Below the pieces are notes generated by a model. That model saw only the letters and a list, made by a program, of their open reading frames with translations, was not told the origin of the DNA and ran no database searches. Shown in pieces: positions 22,899 to 32,218 of a stretch of DNA of 64,000 bases. The stretch spans positions 3,648,001 through 3,712,000 of the forward strand of contig OY762926.1 in the NCBI GenBank assembly GCA_963666735.1, in the 5' to 3' direction. Position numbers and translations under genes: made by a program. Each line of letters starts with the position of its first letter. Position 1 is the first letter of the stretch. This DNA is from Gemmatimonadota bacterium (GTDB lineage Bacteria > Gemmatimonadota > Gemmatimonadetes > Palauibacterales > Palauibacteraceae).

Positions 22899-25088
22899 CT
22901 AGCCATCACCGGTCGGGCCGGCCAACGGTGCACCGCCAATCCCGTCGCGGCCCGTTACCGTGGCTCCGCCGGACGCCGCGGCCACGAATAGCGCACCGCC
23001 AGCCCCTCCCCGGGGCGCGTAGAACCGCTCGCGCAGCGCGGCCATCACACCCTCCGCTCCGCTCTCCCGGCACAGGGCGATCGCGCAGCCGCCGAATCCC
23101 GCGCCGGTGAGCCGCGCCCCCGCCGCGCCGGCGTCGAGGGCCACGTCCACGATCTCGTCCAACGCCGGCGTGCTCACGCCGAAGTCGTCGCGCAGGCTGG
23201 CGTGCGACGCGTTCATCAGTGCGCCGAAGGCGGCCATGTCCTCGCAGCGCAGCGCGGCCTCGGCCTCCGTCACGCGGCGCCCCTCCGTCGCCACGTGACG
23301 GAAGCGCCGCCACAGCGTAGGCGGCAACGACCGGCGCGCTCCGGCCAGGATGGATTCGAACTCGGCGTCGTCGGCCCCGACCACCTCCAGCCAGGAGGTC
23401 CGGTCCAGCCGCTCGATCGCCTCGGCGCACTGGGCCCGCCGCTCGTTGTACGCCTCGCGCGCCGCCCCGGCCTTCTCCGCGCGCGCCAGCGACGACGCGA
23501 CGACCCACCGCCATCCCTCGGGCACCCGCACCGGCGTCACGCGCAGGGGCTCGAAGTCGATCCTCAGCGCGTGCCCCTTCGCCCCGCACAGGGACGCGGC
23601 CTGATCCATCCCGCCGCCCCGCACCCCGACGAACCGCTCGGCGCGGGCCAGCAGCGCCGCCAACTCGAGCGCCTCCACACGGGTCTCGTTGGCGTGCAGC
23701 AGGGCCAGCGCGGATGCGACGACGAGGGCGGAGGAGGACGACAGCCCCTCCGCCACCGGCACCGTGCCGGAGACCGTCCCGCCGATGCCCCGCTGCAGCT
23801 CTACGCCGTCGTCGAGCAACCCCTTGGCGGCGGCCCTCACATAATTCGACCAGTGCCCCTGGGGCGCGGGTTCGACCGGCCGGTCCAGGCGGAAGGCGAA
23901 GGGGCCGTGGCCGGCATCGCCATCGAGTTCGACCGCCGGCCGGCGCAGCACCTCGAAGTCCAGACGGATGTGCCGGTCGAGCGCCACCGGCAGCACGGAG
24001 AGGCCGTTGTAGTCGAGGTGCTCGCCGATGAGGTTGATGCGCCCCGGAGCGATCGCGACCCTGCGGGAGGGTGCCTGCGGCGTCCCCGGTGGACGAGCCG
24101 ACGGGTTCTGCGGGCCGCGGGCCGGTTCCGTGCGAGCGGGCATCGTATGGAGATCCTGGGGATAGACCCCGGCCGCGGTCAGCCGCCGGAGCGAGGCCGC
24201 GACATTCTCTCGGTCCCCGGGGAACGTGACGCCCATCCAACCCTCGCCGGTGGGCAGAAGGCCCAGGCTCGCCTCTCCGGAGGTGACGAGGCCGCTCACG
24301 GTCTCGGAGAGGTAGAACTCGTCGCCGGCTCCGGGGGCAGCGGCGAGGAAGGCGCGGAAACGCTCCGCCAGGAGCGGCAGGATCTCGGGGAAAAACCCCC
24401 ACAGGCCCATGCACGCCCGGCTGTCCGCGTCCACGCGGATCGCCGGGCCGGAGGGGGTGCGCCCGACGACGGTGGGCCGGGGAGCATCGCGTTCGAGGCG
24501 CAGGTCCAGACCCTCGGTCATGCGGCGCAGCGTGCCGTCCGGCGCCGCTTCGCAGAGGCCGCGCGACACGCCGCTGAAGCCGGACAGAGTGTCGGCCAGG
24601 GGGTAGGTGACGGTGAAGGCGCGGACGCCCGGGGGAGGGGCCGCGAGGGCGCGGGCCAGGCTCTCGTACGCGGCCCGCCCGTAGAAGTCGTCCGCGTTGC
24701 ACACGGCGAACGGGCCCCGGCGGGGCAGGGCGGCGGCCGCAGCCAGCACGGCGAATCCCGTGCCCCAGGGGCGGACGCGCCCGGGCGGGGGCAGCGGCAC
24801 GAGGTCGGGGTGCGCGAGGCGCTGGCAGGCGAAGGAGAGCGCGATCCCCGCCGAGCGTAGCGGAGCGAGCCGTGCCTCGAACTCATCTCGCTGACTCTCC
24901 CGCACGACGAGCACGAAGCGCCCGAAGCCCGCGCGCAGGGCGTCATCGACCGCGTATTCGAGCAGCGTTGCGCCGCCCGGCCCCACGGGCTCGAGTTGCT
25001 TGGCGCGGCCGAAGCGGGTGGATCGCCCGGCGGCGAGGATCACCAGCGTCGACCCTTCCGCGGGACGACCCGCCTCCACGGCCTTCAT
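22899..25088 (-). CDS. Sugar-1-phosphate nucleotidyltransferase fused to GHMP galactokinase/GalNAc kinase
   Basis: N half: LVILAAGRSTRFG.KQLEPVGP, PWGTG, NADDFYG, VSRGLC, EFYL; C half: APGRINLIGEHLDYNG, GLSSSSA, GGGMDQ, GARLTGAGFGGC; one frame, Pro-rich linker. Confidence 0.88.
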   Translation of the reverse strand: MKAVEAGRPAEGSTLVILAAGRSTRFGRAKQLEPVGPGGATLLEYAVDDALRAGFGRFVLVVRESQRDEFEARLAPLRSAGIALSFACQRLAHPDLVPLPPPGRVRPWGTGFAVLAAAAALPRRGPFAVCNADDFYGRAAYESLARALAAPPPGVRAFTVTYPLADTLSGFSGVSRGLCEAAPDGTLRRMTEGLDLRLERDAPRPTVVGRTPSGPAIRVDADSRACMGLWGFFPEILPLLAERFRAFLAAAPGAGDEFYLSETVSGLVTSGEASLGLLPTGEGWMGVTFPGDRENVAASLRRLTAAGVYPQDLHTMPARTEPARGPQNPSARPPGTPQAPSRRVAIAPGRINLIGEHLDYNGLSVLPVALDRHIRLDFEVLRRPAVELDGDAGHGPFAFRLDRPVEPAPQGHWSNYVRAAAKGLLDDGVELQRGIGGTVSGTVPVAEGLSSSSALVVASALALLHANETRVEALELAALLARAERFVGVRGGGMDQAASLCGAKGHALRIDFEPLRVTPVRVPEGWRWVVASSLARAEKAGAAREAYNERRAQCAEAIERLDRTSWLEVVGADDAEFESILAGARRSLPPTLWRRFRHVATEGRRVTEAEAALRCEDMAAFGALMNASHASLRDDFGVSTPALDEIVDVALDAGAAGARLTGAGFGGCAIALCRESGAEGVMAALRERFYAPRGGAGGALFVAAASGGATVTGRDGIGGAPLAGPTGDG

Positions 25089-27106
25089 TGCGACAGCTGC
25101 ACGGTCCGCGCCCGTCCCGCGACGCGAATCTTCGCGATGCGGGCCCAGGCGCCATCGCCCGCGGATCCGCCGGAGGCGTCCCCTCCCACGGCGCGAGCGA
25201 CGAACGCGGGCAGCCGGGAGCCGACGCGCAGTCCGCGCCATGGACAGGCGTCGACGAACTCTTCGATCGCGCCGAGCGCGAACAGCGGCCCCCAGCTCTG
25301 AAAGCGGCGCCCCCGCCCCCGCCCGCTGCGCGCGTCGAAGTTCTCGCGGCAGAACCCCGTCCGCCGCCGGTCGGCCAGGAACATGAGCGCCCCTTTCCAT
25401 GCCAGCTCGCTGGCGAGTTCATTGAACCCGTACCGCCGCAATCCCTGCAACACGAGGTAGTTCATGGGCGGCCAGATGGAACCCCGCCAGTACTGCTGGT
25501 CGTCGAACGCGGGGTCGTCGCGCGAGATCGTGGGCAGCACCCACTCTCCCCAGAAGCGCGCGGGGTCGCGCAGCACGTCAACCATGCGCCGCGCCCGCTC
25601 CCCGGACGGCACGCCGGCAATCAAGGGAAGGAAGTTCGACGCCGCCACGCGGGGAGAGTGGCCGCCGGGCAACTCGTCCAGGTAGAGTCCCGCCTCCTCG
25701 GACCACAGGACGCGGTTCATCGTCGCGACGAGGCTGCGGTGCTCGGCCTCCAGCCGATCCGCGGCCGCCGGGTCGTCCAGGATGCGGGCGATCCGCGACA
25801 GGCACTCGATGTCCAGGGCGCGGTAGCTGCAGAGATCGACGGCGGACATCGCGAGCACTTCCCGCCGGGGATTCCACTCCGCCTCCTCCCACAGCGGCAG
25901 GTCGTCCTGGCCCGATTCCCACGCCGCCCGCTGGTGGCCGGTTGCGCCGACCTCCCACTCCGGCACCTGCTCCCGGCCCGGAACCCGTGCAGCGTCCGAG
26001 CCCCACGCCAGCAGTCCAGGCGTGAGACCTTCCCTGCGCGGGTGCCCGCCCTTGTCGGCCACCCACCAGTCGTTCCAAGCGCGAAGCCCCGGCCAGGCGG
26101 TGGCCAGCGCGTCCACGTCGGGGCACGCGAGGTGCAGCTTCAGGGCCGCGAACGACCCCACCGGAGGCTGTGAGCGGTCGGGCGTGCCGGCGAGCCGGCT
26201 CCTCCAGTTGGGCACGTTCCCGTTCCGGTAGCGCGAATCGAGCCCGGCGAGGAGAACGTCCCAGGCCAGGCGCCCCGACACGGTGGCGAGCGCCAGCGCA
26301 TTGAAGAAGGAATCCCACCCGAACACCGTCCAGTCGTCGGGTGCCGGGGTGGGATCCTCCGCGCTTTCTCCCGGTGGGCCCTCGCGCCGCGCTCCGCCGT
26401 CCGGCTTCGGAAAGATCCAGCGCCGGCCGGCCGGTGCGTACAGGCGCCCGGTTTCCGGTTGGAGGAGGATGGTCCACATCAGGTTCTCCGCGACGGCTTC
26501 GACGAGTCCTTCCGCGGCTCCCAACGAACGAGGACGGCGGCGGTCCCACTCCGTGCGCGCATCGTCAATCCAGCGATCCAGCCCGGGGAGGAGACGTTGG
26601 GCGCGGGCAAGGGCGCCTCCGGAGCGGGACGGCGCCTCCCTCGGCTCCCATGCGACCACGGTGGCCGCGCGTTCTCCCGCCCGAGGCCCGAACGCGGCGG
26701 CGATCTCCACGCTCCCGAGCGCGGCCCGCCAGCCGTTGGACGCTTTCTCCCACCGCGTCCTCCACCCCCAGGGATCGTCGGCCGCCAACTCCACCCGGCC
26801 CGGCGCCCGCGCCACGGCCCGCAACGCCAGGGTGTCTCCGCGGCGCGACCATTCCAGTACGAGCGTGCCCTCTCCAGGGCGGGACGCGGACGACGGCTCG
26901 GCGGAGAGGTCGAACTCCATTCGCGCGTAGCAGCCGTTCGGCGCGTGGGGACCGACGCGAGAGACCATCCAGTGCCAGTCCTCCAACTCGCGGCGCCGGC
27001 CGCCGGGCGTCGTGAAGACCAGGCGGAGGCCGATGCCGTCGTCCGGTCCCGCTGCGAACACGAGACCGGCCCAGCGACGCGCCTCGAGCGCCCCGACGCG
27101 CATCAT
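25085..27106 (-). CDS. GH63/MGH1-like (alpha/alpha)6 glycoside hydrolase
   Basis: FGWDSFF, DRSQPPV, WESGQDD, YWRGSIWPPMNY, CRENF. Confidence 0.82.
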   Translation of the reverse strand: MMRVGALEARRWAGLVFAAGPDDGIGLRLVFTTPGGRRRELEDWHWMVSRVGPHAPNGCYARMEFDLSAEPSSASRPGEGTLVLEWSRRGDTLALRAVARAPGRVELAADDPWGWRTRWEKASNGWRAALGSVEIAAAFGPRAGERAATVVAWEPREAPSRSGGALARAQRLLPGLDRWIDDARTEWDRRRPRSLGAAEGLVEAVAENLMWTILLQPETGRLYAPAGRRWIFPKPDGGARREGPPGESAEDPTPAPDDWTVFGWDSFFNALALATVSGRLAWDVLLAGLDSRYRNGNVPNWRSRLAGTPDRSQPPVGSFAALKLHLACPDVDALATAWPGLRAWNDWWVADKGGHPRREGLTPGLLAWGSDAARVPGREQVPEWEVGATGHQRAAWESGQDDLPLWEEAEWNPRREVLAMSAVDLCSYRALDIECLSRIARILDDPAAADRLEAEHRSLVATMNRVLWSEEAGLYLDELPGGHSPRVAASNFLPLIAGVPSGERARRMVDVLRDPARFWGEWVLPTISRDDPAFDDQQYWRGSIWPPMNYLVLQGLRRYGFNELASELAWKGALMFLADRRRTGFCRENFDARSGRGRGRRFQSWGPLFALGAIEEFVDACPWRGLRVGSRLPAFVARAVGGDASGGSAGDGAWARIAKIRVAGRARTVQLSQ

Positions 27107-27167
27107 GCCGGCGGGCCGAGATGGGTCCTCGGTCGGGCGGGGTTCATGCCCTGCCAGTCTAGGGTCA

Positions 27168-27989
27168 CTACCGGATTCCCTCCAGTTGGATCCCGCGCGC
27201 GAAATACCTCTGGGTGAAGAGGAAGAGGAGGGCGATCGGCAGCACCGCGGCGACGCCGGCCGCCATCTGGTAGGGCCAGTTGATCTCGTAGGTTGAATGG
27301 AAGGCGGCGATCCCCACCTCGACGACCCTCATTTCCGTGGACCGCGTGACCAGGAGCGGCCACAGCAGGTTCTTCCACGCATCGACGAACGCGAACAGCG
27401 CGAGCGTGGCCACGGCGGGCTTCGCGAGCGGCAGCGCGACGCTCCAGAAGATCCGCACCCGTCCGGCCCCGTCCACGCGCGCGGCGTCCTCCAGCTCCTG
27501 CGGCACCGTCCGAAAATACTGACGCATGAGGAAGATGCCCCACACCGAGACGAGTTCCGTGGAGATGAGCCCCTGGTAGGTGTCGACCCAGCCGATGGCC
27601 TCGATCATGAGGAAGCGGGGGATGAGGACGACGACCGCCGGCACCATCATCGTCGACAGGAAGAGCATGAACAGCCCATCCCGTCCCGGAAAGTCGAGCC
27701 GGGCGAAGGCGTATCCGGCTGTGGCCGAGGTCGCGACCTGGCCCGCGGCCACGGCAGTCGCGAACACGAGCGAGTTCAGGAAGTAGCGCCCGAAGGGCTG
27801 GACCGTCAGCGCCTCGGGATAGTTCGACCAGCGCGGCGTCCGCGGCAGGAGGCCCTCGCCGGCGAACACCTCCAGCTGTCCCATGAGGCTCGTGAGCGCC
27901 ATCCACGCGAAGGGCGCCGCCATGAGGAGGCATGCCGCGGCGAGGAGGAGCCCGCGCGCCGTCCGGGACGCGATCGCGCGCCTAGCCAT
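27168..27989 (-). CDS. Carbohydrate ABC transporter permease (MalG-like)
   Basis: YFLNS, AGYAFARL, ELEDAARVDGA EAA loop. Confidence 0.92.
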   Translation of the reverse strand: MARRAIASRTARGLLLAAACLLMAAPFAWMALTSLMGQLEVFAGEGLLPRTPRWSNYPEALTVQPFGRYFLNSLVFATAVAAGQVATSATAGYAFARLDFPGRDGLFMLFLSTMMVPAVVVLIPRFLMIEAIGWVDTYQGLISTELVSVWGIFLMRQYFRTVPQELEDAARVDGAGRVRIFWSVALPLAKPAVATLALFAFVDAWKNLLWPLLVTRSTEMRVVEVGIAAFHSTYEINWPYQMAAGVAAVLPIALLFLFTQRYFARGIQLEGIR

Positions 27990-29778
27990 GGGCGCGGCGT
28001 GTGTCGAGGAAGCGGAAGTGCAGCCACGTGGCGGCGAACACGACCGCGAACAGCAGCCAGCTCATGGCGGCGGCGTTGCCGAACCGCAGGAACTCCCACG
28101 CCTCCCGGTAGATGTGATAGACGGCGACATCGGTGGCGCCCAGCGGACCGCCCTCGGTCATCACGTAGACGAGTCCGAACACCTGGAAGGATCCGATCAC
28201 GGACGTGACGAGGACGAAGAACAGAGTGTGGCGCAGGCCGGGCAGGGTGACGTGGCGGAAACGCCGCCACGGCCCCGCGCCGTCGACCCGGGCCGCGTCG
28301 TACCAGTCGCGCGGGATGGCGGCGAGTCCCGCCTGAAAGACGACCATCTGGTAGCCCACGACCATCCAGATGCCGATGAGCATGAGGCTGACGAGCGCGG
28401 TATCGGGCGACGTGAGCCACGGGACGGACTCGAGCCCGGCGCGCTCCAGACCCCGGTTCAGCAGTCCGTACCGGTCGCTCAGCAGCCACTTCCACACCAC
28501 CGCGATCGCCGCCACGCTCGTGATGCCGGGCAGGAAGAGGGCGAGCCGGGCCCAGCGCAGCGCGCGGCGCGACCCCCGGGTGAGGAGCGCGAGGGCGAGG
28601 GCGACGGCCATCGCGGCGGGCACGTGGAGCGTGAACAGCGCCGTGTTCCCGATCGCCGACCGCCACTCGCCGTCCGAGAGCAGCGCCCCATAGTTGTCGA
28701 GGCCGAGGAAGAGGGGCGCGGGGTCGATGAGGCGCCATTCGTGCAGCGAGATCCACAGGGAGAAGAGGAGCGGGCCGAGGGTGAACGCGAGGATGAGGGC
28801 CGCCGCCGGGGCGAGGAGGCCCCAGGCCGCCAGCGTTCGCCGCAGGGCGCGGGGGCGGGCCGCGAGTTGGACGAGGTGGAGCGCGAGGGCGACCAGCAGG
28901 GCGGCGAGCCCGCCGGCTGCGGTCAGCGGAAGGGCGGGCGAGGCCGTGTGTTCATATCCGAGAAAGGCGAGGTGGATGTCGGCGATGCGGGCCGCGTGCC
29001 AGGCGGCGCCGTTCGCCTCCACCGTGTGCGGTGTGCCGGTCGGCGTCTCCGGGGGCGGCGCGAGAGGCGGGGCCGCGCCCCGTTCGGGCGAGGCGGCGAT
29101 GGCCGACGCGACTTCGGCCGGCATGGTCCACTGCCCGTCCGCGGACTCCAGCGCACGGTCCCTGGCCCACGGAAGGTGGGCGACCCGGGCGGCACGGGGC
29201 GGATCCGCGCCGGTCGCCATGGCGAGTTCGACGCCTCCCGCGGCCCGGGCCACCGTAGCGGCACTCAGCGCGCGGAGTTCGCGGTCCGCCCACCGCTCGG
29301 CGGCGACCGCCGTCAGGGCGATGCAGCCGACCGCGAGGAGCGCGAGGCCCGCCGGGTAGCGCGGCCGCGTCGGCCCCCGGCGCCGGCCCGCGGCCCAGCC
29401 CGAGACGAGCGCGACACCCGCGAGCGCTATGATCGCGGCGACGGCAGGGAAGGCCGCCCAGGGGCCGCCCGTCCGGCGCGGCGCGACCGCGATCCAGGCG
29501 GCGGGGTCGAGCGCGCCGGCCTCGTAGGCGTGTGCCCCCGCCCCTTCGCCTCCGTCGCTGGCGTCGAGGATCGTCGCCCGGTCACCGAGCAGTCCGGCGA
29601 CGGCCGGGGCGCCGCCTCCCTCCTCCCACAGCGCCGCCGCCATGCGCGCCTCGGCTTCCGCCGACGCGACCCGCACGCTCTGGACCCGGCCCGCGGCGAT
29701 GGCCAGGACCAGCGCCAGGCCGGCGGCCAGGACGACGGCGGCGAGGGCGGCGAAGGCCGGTTGCCGCGCGCCGCTCAC
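27982..29778 (-). CDS. Carbohydrate ABC permease (MalF-like) with long N-terminal extension
   Basis: FLGLDNY, YDAARVDGA, FRHVTLP, SFQVF, GGP; GTGA overlap with the SBP stop. Confidence 0.85.
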   Translation of the reverse strand: MSGARQPAFAALAAVVLAAGLALVLAIAAGRVQSVRVASAEAEARMAAALWEEGGGAPAVAGLLGDRATILDASDGGEGAGAHAYEAGALDPAAWIAVAPRRTGGPWAAFPAVAAIIALAGVALVSGWAAGRRRGPTRPRYPAGLALLAVGCIALTAVAAERWADRELRALSAATVARAAGGVELAMATGADPPRAARVAHLPWARDRALESADGQWTMPAEVASAIAASPERGAAPPLAPPPETPTGTPHTVEANGAAWHAARIADIHLAFLGYEHTASPALPLTAAGGLAALLVALALHLVQLAARPRALRRTLAAWGLLAPAAALILAFTLGPLLFSLWISLHEWRLIDPAPLFLGLDNYGALLSDGEWRSAIGNTALFTLHVPAAMAVALALALLTRGSRRALRWARLALFLPGITSVAAIAVVWKWLLSDRYGLLNRGLERAGLESVPWLTSPDTALVSLMLIGIWMVVGYQMVVFQAGLAAIPRDWYDAARVDGAGPWRRFRHVTLPGLRHTLFFVLVTSVIGSFQVFGLVYVMTEGGPLGATDVAVYHIYREAWEFLRFGNAAAMSWLLFAVVFAATWLHFRFLDTRRAHG

Positions 29779-31094
29779 CACTCGAACTCCGCGTCGATGC
29801 GGCGGGCCACGTCCGAGGCGCTCGATGCGAGGGGTTCTCCGCGCACCAGGCGGCGGTCCATGATCTCCACCGCCAGCGCCTCGATACGGGAGAAATCGCG
29901 CACCCGCGCGCCCCACGTCATCCGGGCGCCCTCCACCAGCGCGATGAACGCATCCTCGATTCCCGTGCCCTCCGCCGCGGCGATCTCCGCCGCCACGTCC
30001 ATGCGCGAGGGGATGGCGAGTCCTGACCGCGCCCGGACGCGCTGCGCTTCGGGCGAGGCGAGGAAGCCGGCCAGATCGATGGCCCGCCGCAGGTTCGGCG
30101 CGTTGGGCGGCACGGCCCACCCGGACGCGTACAGCACGCTGGTCGCCGCTGTGCGCGAGGGATGGTGCGGAATGGGGAGGATGGCCAGGTCCAGGGCGCC
30201 CGCCTCCACCAAATCCCGGAACACGGGGAGCGTCCAGTGGCCGGAGAGCAGAAACGCCTGTCCGCCCGAGGCGAAGCGCGCCTCCCGCGCGGGGTCTCCC
30301 TGCTGGACGAACTGCGCGCCCGGCGTGAGGCCATCCTCCGCCAGGGCCGTGAGGAAACGGTACGCCTCCAGGGCTTCCGGCCCGTCCAGGTACCCCGCCG
30401 CGCGGCTGCCGCCGGGCGCCAGGATGTCCCCGCCCGCCGACCATACGAACGGCACCCATTGGTACAGGTTGCGCGGGAAGTCGAACCCGAACACGTCCTT
30501 CCGGCCGTCGCCGTCGGTGTCCGCGGTGACCGCCTCCGCGGCGCGCCGGAAGTCCGTCCAGGTCCAGCCGGGCGCGGGCAGAAGGTCCTCGACGCCCGCG
30601 GCGGCGAGCACGCTCCGGTTCGCGTACAGGACCATGGGCGTGAAGTCCTTCGGCAGCGCGAACATGGATCCGCCCCGGCGGAACGCGTCCGCCACCTGCC
30701 CGAACACGCTGTCCGGCCGAAATCCGAGCGCCTCCCGATATGGAGCGAGATCCAGCGCCAGCCCGCGCTCCACAAACGTGGGGATGTCGGGCGAGTCCAT
30801 GAGGTACACGTCTGGCGGACGCCCCGCCGCGATCGAGGTCAGCAGCCGCTCCTCGTAGCCGTTGGGCGCCGATTCGAGCACGACCCGCACGCCGGGGTGC
30901 AGAGCCTCGTAGCGGTCCGCGACCTGGCGTTCGATTTCCAGTTCGCGCCCTCCGGCCCAGAGGGCTACGCGCAGCACGGCGTCGGACCCGTCGGGGGCGC
31001 AGGCGACCGCCGAGAGAACGGCCGTGGCCAGGATGGCGGCGCGGCTGGCGACCGCTCGAGGCGACCGGCTTGCCCGCGGCCGGGGACTCGTCAT
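29775..31094 (-). CDS. Sugar ABC substrate-binding lipoprotein
   Basis: Lipobox LSAVA-C; IAAGRPPDV, FALPKD, WTWTDF, FASG..A...G.W. Confidence 0.9.
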   Translation of the reverse strand: MTSPRPRASRSPRAVASRAAILATAVLSAVACAPDGSDAVLRVALWAGGRELEIERQVADRYEALHPGVRVVLESAPNGYEERLLTSIAAGRPPDVYLMDSPDIPTFVERGLALDLAPYREALGFRPDSVFGQVADAFRRGGSMFALPKDFTPMVLYANRSVLAAAGVEDLLPAPGWTWTDFRRAAEAVTADTDGDGRKDVFGFDFPRNLYQWVPFVWSAGGDILAPGGSRAAGYLDGPEALEAYRFLTALAEDGLTPGAQFVQQGDPAREARFASGGQAFLLSGHWTLPVFRDLVEAGALDLAILPIPHHPSRTAATSVLYASGWAVPPNAPNLRRAIDLAGFLASPEAQRVRARSGLAIPSRMDVAAEIAAAEGTGIEDAFIALVEGARMTWGARVRDFSRIEALAVEIMDRRLVRGEPLASSASDVARRIDAEFEW

Positions 31095-31099
31095 TGCGC

Positions 31100-32218
31100 T
31101 TACGGCCGGCTCATCGGCCGCGGCGCGGCGGCGTCGCGGCGGCCATCCGGACCGAACAGGTGGCTGCGCTCCCACGCGACCGAGACGCTCACCCGGTCGC
31201 CGGGAGCGATCCGGAGGGCGGGGGACGCCCGCGCCACCCACGCCGCCTCGCCGGGGCCGTCCATGTGCACGCGCTGTTCGCTCCCCAGCGCCTCGACGCG
31301 GAGCACGGTGGCCCGGAAGTCGGCGGCCTCGCGATCCCCGCCGGGCCCGCCGCCATCTCTCCTTGCAGCCACGGCGAGGTCTTCGGGGCGCACCGCCAGC
31401 GTGCCGCGGCCGACACCCGCCGGCGCGCGGATCGCGAACGGACCACCGGCGAGGCGACCCCCTTCGCCGCGGTCCAGGGCGATGCGGTTGATGGGCGGCG
31501 ATCCCACGAAGCCCGCCACGAACAGGTTGCCCGGCCGGCGGTAGACTTCATCCGGCGTGCCCACCTGCTGGAGCCGGCCGCGATCCATCACCGCGACCCG
31601 CTGGCCCAGCGAGAGCGCTTCCACCTGGTCGTGCGTCACGAAGATCATCGTCGTGCCGAGGCGCCGGTGCAGGGCGGCGATCTCGTCCCGGGTCCGCAAC
31701 CGCAGTTCCGCGTCGAGGTTCGAGAGCGGCTCGTCGAACAGGAACACGCCCGGATTGCGGACCATGGCCCGTCCCAGAGCCACCCGTTGGCGCTGTCCGC
31801 CGGACAGCTCGCCGGGCTTCCGCAACAGGAGTTCGGCGAGCCCCAGAACGGCGGCCGTCTCCGAGACGCGCCGCTCGATCTCGTCGCGCGGGGCGCCGCG
31901 CACGCGAAGGCCGAAGCCGAGATTCCCGGCCACGGTCATGTGCGGGTAGAGGGCGTAGCTCTGGAACACCATGGCTACGTCCCGGGCCCCCGGCTCGATG
32001 TCGTCGGCGCGCCGTCCTCCGATCCACACTTCTCCCGCGGTAGGTTCGACGAGGCCGGCGATGAGGCGCAACAGCGTGCTCTTGCCGCACCCCGACGGGC
32101 CCACCAGCACCATCAGCTCCCCGGCCCGCACCGCGAGGTCCAGCGGTCGCACGGCCACGACCTCACCGTACCGCTTCTCCACGCCGCGCAGTTCGACGCC
32201 CTGCGGCACGCGACTCAC
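31100..32218 (-). CDS. Sugar ABC ATP-binding protein (MalK-like)
   Basis: GPSGCGKS, VFQSYALYPHMTV, LSGGQRQRVALGR, LFDEPLSNLD, VTHDQVEA. Confidence 0.95.
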   Translation of the reverse strand: MSRVPQGVELRGVEKRYGEVVAVRPLDLAVRAGELMVLVGPSGCGKSTLLRLIAGLVEPTAGEVWIGGRRADDIEPGARDVAMVFQSYALYPHMTVAGNLGFGLRVRGAPRDEIERRVSETAAVLGLAELLLRKPGELSGGQRQRVALGRAMVRNPGVFLFDEPLSNLDAELRLRTRDEIAALHRRLGTTMIFVTHDQVEALSLGQRVAVMDRGRLQQVGTPDEVYRRPGNLFVAGFVGSPPINRIALDRGEGGRLAGGPFAIRAPAGVGRGTLAVRPEDLAVAARRDGGGPGGDREAADFRATVLRVEALGSEQRVHMDGPGEAAWVARASPALRIAPGDRVSVSVAWERSHLFGPDGRRDAAAPRPMSRP

